A DNA stretch of 64,000 nt from Octopus sinensis (Eukaryota): assembly GCF_006345805.1 (NCBI RefSeq), contig NC_043010.1, positions 59,210,001-59,274,000 of the forward strand. The letters run 5' to 3'. The position numbers and the translations under genes are program-made. Below the pieces are notes generated by a model. That model saw only the letters and a program-made list of their open reading frames with translations. It ran no database searches and was not told the origin of the DNA. Shown here one piece after another: positions 11,000-23,335 of this stretch. Within the stretch, counting starts at the first letter, position 1, and every line of letters begins with the position of its first letter.

Positions 11000-11580
11000 A
11001 TTTCCATCATTCTCTAACTTCACCTTGCTTCTATCAAAAGTGTCCATTTACAACCAGCCAAGGACTTTCTCAGCTTGTATGTCTTCCTTCTTTAAATTGT
11101 CTTCTGCTTCTTGGTCCATCAAGCTCTTGCTCTGAACTCACAATCACTCATCTCTACTTGGGGATATATTCTTCATCAAGAAAAGACTTAGCATTTACTT
11201 AGAACCATCAGCCTATCCTGTTTCTTGATTACAATAAAGTCTTTCTGGTTTGTATGTTCACATGATTGGTAACTGACCAGGTAACAAATCACTTTACTGA
11301 ATTTAACGAGGAAAGTAGTTTGGCCGTTTACATCAAAGAACTCTACAACTCTTCATCCATCCTCATTTCTCACAGCATTCCCATTGCTTCCATGTACACC
11401 ACAGAAGCGATCATGGTATTACCCAATTTCCCATTATAATCTCCACTTGTAATTATGAGGTCACCATCATTCATCACCAAGAGCGTTAGTAGGAAGACGT
11501 CTTAGAAATGAGCCTTTCATTTGACAGACCAGTGTGTGGAGTATAACTGCTGTTGTCTTGTCTATGATTAGCTGAAGCTT
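11000..11580 (-). mobile_element. Decayed AP-endonuclease region of an RTE-like LINE
   Basis: Reverse strand gives fragments SYTPHTG, LIITSGDYNGKLG, GVHGSNG, RNEDG, VVEFFD, TNQKDFIV, resembling APE motifs (YAP, GDFN.HVG, RN.EG, QIDYIL). Confidence 0.65.
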
Positions 11581-11823
11581 AATTATTTTATTTGCTATTT
11601 TCTTTGTAATTAACCTTGGCTTAATTATTCTATGTTTACTTTTATGATAATTATTTCTATATATTTTCTTAAAATAGTATTATGTATCAGAGATAACAGA
11701 CCTATGAGTGTTTTAATCTATTTTGAAATGAGATTGTAATAATTTATGAAATATATTTCTCCTTTAGGTTCAATCTACTTATCTACAATTCTTTAATCAG
11801 TAACAACAGGCAGCAGCAACAAA

Positions 11824-14800
11824 ATGCTCCTGTCATTGACCTTTGTATTGTCGCTGGTCCACTGTGTCCTGACCATAGACCTCACCTACCATGTGGAAGA
11901 AGAAAGAAGTCCTGGAACATATGTAGCAGACATTGCTGCCGATTCTAAACTTTTAGACAATGTTAAACCATCTGACCAACATTTGATAACATTCAGTCAA
12001 TTCAAACGAAAGGTGGCACAGTTATTTAACATCACCAAAACAGGTAAACTGTACACTGCTCAGACACTGGATGCAGAAGATCTCTGCACATTCAACAAAG
12101 AATGTTCTAGAACTATGAAAGTTATTATAAAGAAAGTGGCAACATTCACAAAAATATTAAAAGTCAAAATAGTAATAGAAGATATTAATGACCATGAACC
12201 AGAGTTTCCAGAAAAACAAATCACTCTACATTTTGAAGAAGGTGATGGGAGAGGAATGAAAAAATCAATTCCAAATGCCATAGACAAAGATGTGAGTTAT
12301 CAAAATTCTTTCATTGAATATAAACTTAAAAAATCTGATGATTCATTTTCCCTGACAGTTTCTAAAAGAGCTGATGGTATTTCATCATTAAAGATTGTTT
12401 TAAAAGAAAAATTAGACCGAGAGATAAAAGAGAAATACAATTTAGAAGTTATTGCTAAAGATGGAGGTTCTCCATCTAAACAGAGTGTGTTAAATGTTGA
12501 GATTGTTGTTGAAGATGAGAATGATAATCCACCTGTATTTTCAAAACCCCTTTATAATATTTCCATTAGAACTACACACGATAAGACAAAACCCATTCTT
12601 ACTTTGTCAGTGACAGACAAAGATATTGGATCCAACAGTAAAATTACTTTCCATTTCAGCCCCAAAACTTCTGATTTGGCAAAGAAATATTTCGAATTGG
12701 ATAAAAAGATTGGCAAAGTATTTTTATCTAGAATTTCTAGTTTGAATGAAAAAAATACTTTTGAATTATTTATAGAGGCCAGAGATGGAGGTAAGCCACC
12801 ACTCAGTTCCATAGCAACTGTTCTGATAAATGTTATCAACCAACACAACAATCCTCCATCTATTGATATTGATTATGTTAATGCAATCAATGACAATACA
12901 GGTACCATCTCTGAAAAGATCAAAGTCGGTAGTTTCCTTGCTTATGTGATGGTCACTGACAATGATGTGGGACAAAATGGAGAGGTCAGCTGTGATATCA
13001 AACATGATACATTCAAACTACAGTCAATGGGATCTAAAGAATATAAAATCATTCTAAACAAACCAGTGGACAGAGAAACACAAGGACACTATAACATTCC
13101 TGTCTCCTGTCAAGATAAAGGATTACCTCCTCTTAAAAGTGTTAAAAGCCTCTCTATCCAAGTGACTGACATCAACGATGTACAACCACAGTTTACCAAA
13201 GATACATTCCAATTCCTCACCTACGAAAACAAAGATAAAGACTTCCCTATTGGTTTTGTCAATGCCACGGACCCTGATCTTGGATCTGCTGGACAACTCA
13301 CGTATTCTCTGCTGCGTAAAGAAAAATCCAATCTCCCATTTCTCATCACCAGTTATGGCTTCATTTCAGCGACCATGTCATTGGACAGAGAGAAACAAGA
13401 TGTGTATAAGTTTGAGGTTTTTGTCAAAGACAATGGAAGCCCATCTCTGAATGACACAGCGAATGTTGTTGTTGAGATTCTAGATCAAAATGACAATGCT
13501 CCGTATTTTACATATCCTAGTAGTGACCCTTACACGCTAAATGTGCAGTACCATCCGCAGAGTAAGAGTGACATCACAGTTTTGAGAGCCTCTGATGGGG
13601 ACAGTGGAAACAATGCTTTCCTCAGATATGCAATCATACAAGGAAATGCTAAACAGTTGTTTAGTATGAACTCACACAGTGGTGCTTTATCCTTCTCCAG
13701 ACAAGTTTATCTAAATGATGCTGGAAGTTATGGGCTGGTGTTTGTTGTGAAGGACAGTGGTAGTCCAGTTCAGTCGTCAACAACTAGTGTCACTTTGGTA
13801 TTGGCTGTTAGTAACGAGACATCACCAATGTCGAAGAGTGGACCTTTACAATCTTCAGGTCGGGTCCATATGACATGGGTTATTATCATTGTATCATCAG
13901 CAGTAATAATATCAGTGGCTATTGTTGTTTCTATAACGCTGTGTATTATGAAATGTATTAAACACAGAGATAACACAGCTGCTGCCACAAAGAATACAGC
14001 CTACCAAGGTAGAGCAGAGATGAAACAATTGTTGTACCAGACTAACACTTCTGTTGCTATGTCGAGGAATGCAGAAGAGATGGTGAAGCGGAATATCTAT
14101 TCTGAGAGATCCAAGAGTGAATGTTATGCAGAAGGTCAGCTACAGAACAAATATGAATCTTCAGTTCAGTCGAGAACTTTACCAAAACCTACCCCAGTAA
14201 GTGGAAACATTACATTTTCTCTCTGTAAAAGTGAACAATGAAATCTCTTTGAATATGTTTTAACTTCAATAATACATTCCAATATTAAATTGTTCTCTTT
14301 CCATGTTGATTGTAACTTCCATTGTTTGGTGTCTTCTCACATTTCTTTATCGTTTGTTTGTCAACAGAAATACTGTCAACCTGTTGTGGTGACATCAAGT
14401 GATGATGCTGTGGAAGATAATGCTACTATGGTTTGTAACTATACATCAGATACAATGTCGTCCAAGAGAAGTGGTAGACAAGGAGACTTGAAACATTACG
14501 AAGAAATACCAGGAGTATCAGGTTAGCAACTTCATTTGCTATTTTCTACCTGGATATCACCTCAAAGATAGACCTGTATTATGAAGAATTACTAAAATAT
14601 ATATAAATTTGTTAATGAATAAGTATTACATTTATATTCCAGATTCTCATGCATGCAAGAAGTCATTCTTAAACTTATATTTTACATCATTTCCACATTA
14701 TTCAGTTTGCCTGGTGACATATTCCAGAACATGATTATCTTATTAGTTCCATTTGAAATGTTTTTTTATCAATTTGATTCTAATATTATGATATGAAGAA

Positions 14801-14947
14801 CTCAAAAACATATTTTCTATTGTTATTCCAAATCAAAATTAAAAAAAGAAAAAAACATAATATTTTTGTATCTAAATTCCAGATCAAAGTATATATAAAA
14901 ACAATGGCACCTCTACATCAAAAGATTCCAGTGAAGAACACCAGTGA
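11824..14947 (+). CDS. PCDH: Protocadherin gene 2, join(11824..14196,14368..14521,14883..14947), ~863 aa; most divergent EC2-EC3; last exon has a 1-nt deletion
   Basis: 805 aa ORF with the same motifs; acceptor ctttag|11768; donor gtaagt 14197; paralogous small exons. Last exon reads DQSIYKNNGTSTSKDSSEEHQ* because gaagaaacacca is gaagaacacca here. Confidence 0.92.
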
Positions 14948-15525
14948 AACATGTCTAATTATTTTATCAATGAGACATAACTACATTTCTCTATGTAAAT
15001 GTAAAGACAATGTGATAAATACAGAAACGCTACTGACACACATTCTGTGTTTTCTGAACTCTACATAGTATTGCAGATTTCCAAAGGACAGAGTTTTCTG
15101 AAAAGCATCCACATTTCTCCAGTTAAATGCAACATTCTATAATTTAAACTGATATGAAACATTTCAAATTTAATTGAAGGTTTTATGTAATTTATAAGGC
15201 TTCTTACTCTATTTTTAAGTTAGTTCAAATGAAAAACCAAAATTACCAGATTTTTATTGCAATTCTGATATAATGCTCCAAATATAATTCTATAAACTAA
15301 AACCGGGTTACAAACAAAACAAATAGTGTTCAAAACTTAGTAATTTTAATTAAATCATTAGCACTAATATTTTATAATGCTTTACAAAAAATAAACTGAA
15401 AACTTATTCTAGTTATTAGCATTAAGGTGGAGGAAGACATGATCAATACCAAATTCTTTTGTTTGTTTGTTTTTGTGGGGTTTCTTGCCTCTTCAAAACA
15501 AATCACTGTAAAAACAGAACTCTTC

Positions 15526-15963
15526 AGTGGCTTTCGGTCGTAATCATTCAACCAATCAGATTCTCACGAAAACAGAAAAATTCATTAACAAAGATAAGCT
15601 TTCACATTACTAGTGTTATCAAATTAAGCAATTATGTTATGTTTCACTGACTAATTTTTTAGCTATTTTAATATTTATCTATCTATCTATCTAATATATA
15701 TATGTAAATAGTAAACATCATCTTCAAGGATAAATACACGCAGTCTATTATCAGATGGATGTACTCCCACAAGCATACAACTTCAGTGAGACATGCAACC
15801 CTCTCCTAGCAGCAGACTCTCTGCCTGACGTGCTACACTACTCCATCACCATAACAGCCATTGTCACACCATTACAGCAGCACTTACAATGGATCTTTCT
15901 ACAACAATACATCTTTCTCTTTCTCACTGAATAACCAATGATATAATTATTAAAAAGGTAAGT
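15526..15963 (+). promoter_or_regulatory. Putative promoter + leader exon for gene 3 (copy B)
   Basis: AGTGG (variant) 15526, CCAAT 15552; block 15791..15957; donor GTAAGT 15958. Confidence 0.75.
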
Positions 15964-16615
15964 TTCTATTTAATCTTTTATAATCTCATTTGAAATAATA
16001 AATCTCACTAAGTCTATAAGACATTGTACTTACACATTTGATATTTACAAGGGAACAAAGACATTGAACAATAAGCCACAAGTATTTTTTAGTAATGTTG
16101 CCCATATTGTTTTATATTACAATCAGTTGGATGAGGTTGATTGAAATATCTAATGCTTTGTCTGCTTTCGGTTGAAACAATATCCTCTGTGTCTGAATAA
16201 TATTTGTTACATATATTGATCAATAACAATAAGGAGCAATCTTTAAATGTAGTTTTATAACGATTCATCATTTTTGCCTTTTGTAAGATCTTCTTTAGTG
16301 ATGTAACTGTTTCCATGGTATAAAATATTAAGAAACAGGCCATAATATGTTTAATGCTATAATATATTACAGAATATATATATATATATATATTATTAGC
16401 AGTAACGTGGTGAAGATGTATATGCATTTGTGGTTGGGGATAATGGAGGTCAGATTCAGGGTTGTTGTGAAATGAACGGAAATGGAAAAATGTGTAGAAT
16501 TTTTAATTAATATTATACAGTTGAAGTGTTCAGTTTTAATGTAAGTAAAATACTTATATACTTAAATATATATATACTCAAGTTGAATATACATACATAT
16601 GTATGTATGTATGTA

Positions 16616-16650
<35 letters not shown>

Positions 16651-16981
16651 GTATATAAGTTGATTTTAAAATATATATATTTGATCACATTTCAATTTTT
16701 GTGTGGTCATAAAGACAATATTTTTTACACAGAAATTAGCGTTTTTTTTTATTTATTTTTTTTTTTTTTCATCTGGTCTTTGTGTGACTTCCTTCAGCAT
16801 AAATTTTGCTCAGCTTTGCTTTATATTTTGTTTTATAAATATTTGATTATTTTTAATTTATTGATAACTAAATTTTACAATTTCGTTTTTGGATTTGGTT
16901 TGCAAAATTCTTTATATGAGTTCGTGTGTTGAAGCATATTCTGTTGTGTCTGGGGAGAGTCATTTTCTTTTTGTGCCTTAT

Positions 16982-17159
16982 AATTTAACGCAATCACTGG
17001 TAAAATTTCCACTTATTTATTTTTATTTTCCTAAAATTCTCTTTGTGTCTTGCAACCTTTTCAATAGCCAAGACTATTGAAAAGGTTGGAAGACACAAAG
17101 AAAATTTTAGGTAAATAAAAATAAATAAGTGGCAATTTTACTGCTGAGTGTGTTAAATT
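16982..17159. repeat. Long imperfect inverted repeat (~85 bp arms, ~6 nt loop); foldback/MITE-like
   Basis: ccacttatttatttttattttcctaaaattctctttgtgtcttgcaaccttttcaatag / ctattgaaaaggttggaagacacaaagaaaattttaggtaaataaaaataaataagtgg. Confidence 0.85.
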
Positions 17160-18619
17160 TTTAAAGTTATAATGCTTATAAGTAGATATTCGGCATTATA
17201 GGAGGGTTTTTTGTTTTTTTGTTTGTTTTGTTTTCTTTTTTTTACTTTATTTGCTATTACTGGGGAAGTGATAAAGACAACTTTTTAAAACCTTTAAATT
17301 TTCTCCTGGTTGAGTAATTCCAAACATAATTTAGTGATGACAAAGTTTAATGCAAAGATAATGAAAATGCAGTCATGAAAAATAATCGGAAAAAGTTTGG
17401 CAGATGTGGAAGTTGAAGTATGCCCCTGTGTGAGCAGCTTCCACAAACCTCTAACGAAGCATTATATGTACAACATGTACATAAGAACAGACAACTTTTC
17501 TTTTTTCTACTGAAATTTTGGTGGAGGGGGCTAGTCAATTAGATCGACCCCAGTACGAAACTGGTACTTAATTTATCGACCTTGAAAGGATGAATGGGGA
17601 AGTCGACCTCAGCGGAATTTGAACTCATAACTTGTATTTACAAAGTTGCTGACTGGGGACACCTTTGGGAGATCTGGTTGCTAGTCATTGACTAATTTTA
17701 TGGTTCAGAGACTCAAATATTTGACAAGATTATTATGGAGTGATGTTGCCAGTACAACTGTAAGAGTGGAAAGTTTGTTAGAGGTAAATAAAAGGCAATA
17801 GTGAGGAATAATAGCTAAACTTCAAGTTTGAAAAAAACTGTGTGTCAAAAGCATTGATTAAAACGAAATGCATATGGGAAATGTGAAATGTTTAGAATCA
17901 AGAGAAAAATGTGTTTGGATTGTATAATATATTTTTGAAATGGATAAAAATATAACTCCAAGAAAAATGACTAAAATATAGAAAACCTAATGCCACTTGA
18001 GCCAAGAGAGAGATAAAGTGATGGATGCCTTGACAATGGAACACTTGTTAAATGTCCAGGATTGATTACTCAGTTAATGGAAAGATAAAAGTAAAACAGT
18101 GCCAGTGAATTAATCAGACTAAGTAAAGAACCACTCTTGGATGATTGTTGTGACTTCATCACCATCACCAAATTTAAGCAGTCAATCAGGGATTAATGAC
18201 AAAGATCTCAAATTGATTTACTAAATCTCACTGAATTTGTGAGACATTATCCTACGATGATGATGATGATCCAATATTAGCAAGAGAATAATAATTTTCT
18301 TGTAATTTCAGTAATGTTTTCCCTATCATTTCATATCATAATTAATTGGGTGATATTGATTGAAATGTTTTATACTAAGACTATATTCAGTTAGAACAAT
18401 AATATCTACCTATTAATATTTGTTAGATATATTGATCAATAACAATAGTCTAAAAATCATCATCATTGTTTCACGCCTGCCTTCCATGCTGGCATGGGTG
18501 GTAGTGCTATAATGTTTGATAGGATGTTTTATCTGTCTAGTAAATGCTATGCAAAATAGGTTAAGATGTTTTGGTATACAATATGAAGAAGAATTCGACT
18601 ATGTTTAAATGTTGTTAGA

Positions 18620-20530
18620 GTTAGGGAAGAATTCTATACAGTGATCCCAGTGCAAGTTAATGGACAAGAAAAGGTGCAGTTGAATCACAAGAAGGTTAAT
18701 GGAGAAAGTAGTGTTCGGATGTGGAAAGTGTACAGGGGTAATAAACACTGAGGGACACACGGGAAATATATTTTCTCAGATGCCCCAGAGACTACCTTGA
18801 AGTAGTAGATAGAGTTTGTTACCAAGGTAACCTAAGTAGCAGTAGAAGAGGATACTCTGAAAATATAGTTAGTAGAATAAGAGTAGGATGGAGGAACTTC
18901 AGAGAGCTCTTGCCTTTGTTGCCAATGGAGGCTCATTCTTTAAGAGTGAAAGGCAGATTGTATTATGATTCAGCCCTTGTGGCCAATAAAAAGAATTAAT
19001 TATGATTGTATATGAACAGCAACACTACATGGGAGTGAGATGTGGACCCTGAATGCAAAAGATATATTATAAAGATTAGAGAGGAGGGAAGCTAGTAAGC
19101 TCTGTTGTATTTTTTATGTCAGTGTGCATGTGTGACAATATGTTAAGGTATTGAGAGACAAATGGACATAAAAGCAATCCAATGTAGAGCGTAAGAGAGA
19201 AGACGGCGCTGGCTTTTGGCCACGTGAAACATAGATGTGGACAGCTGCATAAAGGAATGCTGATTACTCCAAAGTGGTTGGAACTTGTGGAAGAGGGAGG
19301 CCCAGAAAGACATGGGACAAAATATTGAAGGCTGATCTCAAGAAGCTAAGACTCAGGAGTAGATGACAAAGGGACCAAGATGATTGATGATTCATTGTGC
19401 TCGAAAAGACCTGTCAATCACAACGAAAAGATGATGTCCTAAAAGCATTCTGTTCATGCTTGTAACCCATGATGCCCTATCAAGCAGCCCTCACATCATA
19501 TTCCCCCAACACCCAGCCTTCCCCATCACTCCTCTGTCTTTGATGCCACTTTGCATCTGTAAACATCTGAGAGCAGAACTGACATATGTTACTCTGCCCT
19601 ATTTCTTTGTACTACCAATTATCCCTTTGCCCCCTTGAACCACTTCCATCCTTTCTCTTACATTATCCTCCCTTCACTATTTTCACTGATCACCTCCTTT
19701 CTGTATCTCCTCTGGCATTCTCCATCTTGATACCTTGCATATCTGCTACCATTCTCCAATGGTCTCTCATATCAGCTTTCAAGTCCCACTCACCATAGTT
19801 ACCTTATGCATGCCTACAACTTGCACAATATCCCCCTGCCTTCTGATCTATCATCTTTCCTTAGCTACTTCTCTTTCACCTTAGCCCCTTTCCATACTGG
19901 GATTTCCCATCAACCACACCTACCCTTTATTCATCACTCATTACACTCACCTCTACCGCTATCGAAAGCCATTTATTACTCTCTCTCTCTCCCTCTGTCT
20001 CCCTCCTCAGACTTTTATGAATCTACCCACCCTCCCCTTCCCTGCTGATCCACTGTCTGTAACCTCTTTTATGTTCACCTTGTGCCTTGTGTTTGCTCTG
20101 GTATCCCATCACTACTATTTCTATCTTTTTCCCAGCTTCTCCTACCCATTCTTATATCACGTCAGGTAGTGATGTATCTCCTCCGCAGCAAGACACCTGT
20201 GTTTGTCCCTCTGTCATACTTCAGCCTCTCAACACCTAGCATATAATGCCAGCCCCTCCCCTCAAATACACCTTCTCTCACACTTAGTCATGGAAGCTTT
20301 TTCCTTTCCCCTCTTCTTTCTCTGTCTTTCAAGTTACTTGCGTATCTCACTAGTGCCAGTGGCACGAAAATAGCGCCTAGTGTACATTGGTTGACATTAG
20401 GAAGGTCATTTAGTGACAGAAACCATGTCAAAGCTAACATTGGAGCTCGATTCAGTCCTGCAGCTCAGCAGGTCTTGTCAAACCATCCAACCCATACCAG
20501 CGTGGAAAACGGACGTTAAATGAGGATGAG
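18620..20530 (+). mobile_element. Decayed RTE-like LINE 3' part with pyrimidine-rich 3' UTR and tail
   Basis: Homologous to 9573-10240 (gaagtagtagatagagtttgttacc, agagtgaaaggcagattgtat, cccagaaagacatgggac); same insertion site as 38480-40210. Confidence 0.8.
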
Positions 20531-20805
20531 TGTGGAGACTGTTAGCAGCAATCAGGGGAAGTTATGGATATATTTTTAATTAGGGATGACGATGGACAAA
20601 GAGTAAAGCTGCAGAGAAATTAATTGAAATGGCAGAATGTTGTTTAGAATCTGTAATAGAATACAAGTGAGGTATTAATATGATGGGAGTGAAGATTTTC
20701 TACTTAATTTGTAGTATTGACTGTAGAAAGATGAAGCATAATCCGTTGAAGGCAGGAAGATGTGGAAGATGAAGTATGTTTCTGTGTGAGACAGCTTCCA
20801 CACAA

Positions 20806-21203
20806 GTGGAGATGCAATGGCCCAGTGGTTAGGGCAGCGGACTCGCGGTTGAAGGATCACGGTTTCGATTCCCAGACTGGGCGTTGTGTGTGTTTATTGA
20901 GCCAAAACACCTAAAGCTCCACGAGGCTCCAGCAGGGGGTGGTGGCAACCCCTGTTGTACTCTTTTGCTCCAACTTTCTCTCACTCTTTCTTCCTGTTTC
21001 TTGTCCCCAACTTCCTATGCAACCCCTGAGCCTGGATGCGCATTCATCCATCCATCAATGCTCTCGGTGTCGGTGGGGTTGACCTGCTTTCTCTTCTGCG
21101 GGTTTTACGAATAGCAAAGGACCACATTTCGGATTTCTCCCACTACAGAGGCACGATCTTGCGAACTCTGTGACGAAGACCGCTTCGCTCAACAAACGAA
21201 CAA
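20806..21203 (+). mobile_element. Intact tRNA-derived SINE with 15-bp target-site duplication
   Basis: A box tggcccagtgg, B box ggtttcgattcc, A-rich aacaaacgaac tail; flanked by direct repeats acagcttccacacaa (20791-20805 and 21204-21218). Confidence 0.9.
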
Positions 21204-21884
21204 ACAGCTTCCACACAATACTAACTAATGTAAGGACAGATAACTCCTCTTAGCATGGATGCTGACTGGGTGTAGCTTTGGAATTCTGTCATTTGTAGAA
21301 AGAATGATTTCTCAGTATTTTATAAATATTGTTTTTTACAAAGTGGTAAGATGCATTGCCAATGAATTGAGAGTTTAATCTTAAAGAGTAAAGTCTTTCA
21401 CAGAGTCACAAGCTGAAAGAATGAAATGTAAAGGAATGCCATTTTAAAGCTGCTTCAGTTGGGAGTCAGAGTGGAAATAGTGTGAGGAATGGCAATGAGC
21501 TCAGGGAAGATTTTTACTAAGGTGTCAACGAAATTAAATGTCAATTAAAACTGTTTTCCTCATTATTATCTTTATTTTGGGTTTTGAATCAATTCTTTAA
21601 GAATTCAGGAAGAGGGTATGAGATGTGTTGAGCCTGCCTGTTTGGCATCATTAATTTGATGCTCACTTACGTGGCATCAGACACTTTGTCTCCAGGACCT
21701 TCTGGCACTATGAAAATTCTGTTTTTATTCTGGCTGACAACTAATTTGTAATCACAATAACTTAATTATTCAACTACTAAACTTCATTAAACTTTATTTC
21801 GCTTTTTATAAATGATGGCTGGTGAAAGAGTAATGAAACATGGAAAAGAAAGACTTTTTCACAATGGATTTATGTATAGATAGA

Positions 21885-22041
21885 CACAGGTATGGCTGTG
21901 TTGTAAGAAGCTTGCTTCTCAACCACATGGTTCTGGGTTCAATCCCTCTGCGTAGCAGCTTGAGTGTCTTCTACTATAGCCTTGAGCCAACCAAAGCCTT
22001 GTGAGTAGATTTGGTAGATGGAAACTGAAAGAAGCTTGTTG

Positions 22042-22073
<32 letters not shown>

Positions 22074-22610
22074 TAAATGACCCCGAATGCTACAAACATG
22101 TTTCTGTCTCCATTTATGTGTTTATTTTCTTTAGACATAGGTGAAGTAAGGGGACATGTTTGTGGCAATTAGGGTCATTTAAAACATTTTCATTGTTTCT
22201 CTCATTCTCTCCCCCTTCCCTCCCTCTCTATCTTTCCTTCCATCTCTCTCTCTCTCTCTCTCACTCAACAGGAAAGGCATCCAACAGCAGAAAATCTGTT
22301 TCAACAAACTCCATCCAACCCATGGCAAAGTGGATATTAATCAAGGTTGATATACATACGCATGTGTTTGTGCCTCCTTGTCTTCACATGGACGTCACAT
22401 GACAGTTGTGAGTGTCACAGTCGAAAAGAAGTGTCATTCATTTCCAATATTCAGTAAAACATGTCTGGCAACGGGGGAGATGTTGCCTTGCTTGGAGACG
22501 GGTGAAGAAGACTGGCAACAGGAAGGTTATCTGGCTGCAAAACGTCTGTCACAATTACCTTCTCCCAACCTATGCAAGTATGGGCACTTGGATGTTAAAA
22601 TAACACTGAG
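21885..22610 (+). mobile_element. Older, interrupted tRNA-derived SINE (same head as 22635) with microsatellites
   Basis: tggctgtgttgtaagaagcttgct...ggttcaatcc...ccaaagccttgtgagtagatttggtagatggaaactgaaagaag then (TA)n; remainder fragmented. Boundaries approximate. Confidence 0.65.
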
Positions 22611-22634
22611 GAATCTATTAATGTAGATTATATA

Positions 22635-23060
22635 GGCGTAGGAGTGGCTGTGTGGTAAGTAGCTTGCTTACAAACCACATGGTTCCGGGTTCAGTCCTAC
22701 TGCGGTGCACCTTGGGCAAGTGTCTTCTGCTATAGCCTCGAGCCGACCAAAGCCTTGTGAGTGGATTTGGTAGACGGAAACTGAAAGAAGACCATCGTAT
22801 ATATGTTTGTATGTATATATATATATATATATGTGTATGTGTGTGTGTATGTATATGTTTGTGTGTCAGTGTTCGTCCCCCGAACATCGCTTGACAACCG
22901 ATGGTGGTGTGTTTACGTCCCCGTAACTTGGCGGTTTGCCAAAAGAGACCGATAGAATAAATACTAGGCATCCAAAGAATAAGTCCTGGGGTCGATGTGC
23001 TCGACTAAAGGCAGTGCTCCAGCATGGCCGCAGTCAAATGACTGAAACAAAAGAGTAAAG
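22635..23060 (+). mobile_element. tRNA-derived SINE with internal (TA)/(TG) microsatellite
   Basis: ggagtggctgtgtggtaag (A box), gggttcagtcc (B box), accttgggcaagtgtctt body, A-rich 3' end gaaacaaaagagtaaag. Confidence 0.8.
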
Positions 23061-23335
23061 GGTACATCATGTAAATGGATGATTAATAGATGAAAACCTA
23101 TTTATTGATGCAAAAGCTGAGTGGTTCAAGAAGTGGAAGATCATAGCAGACATGAATTCCTCCTCATACCACTGAGACTAGTTGTTTCTAAGATGAGAGA
23201 TTCTAGGATCAAAATTGATAGAGAGATGTAAGAAATATTTTGCAGTATTATATAATTGATGAAAATATATTTCCTTTTTCAGGTTCAATCCTCAACACAC
23301 TTGTGCATCTTTAACAAACATACAACAACAACAAC

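Noticed and set aside
20806-20880. tRNA gene
   Set aside because: The tRNA-like head continues into a unique body and tail and is bounded by a TSD: a SINE, as at 22635 and 36530.
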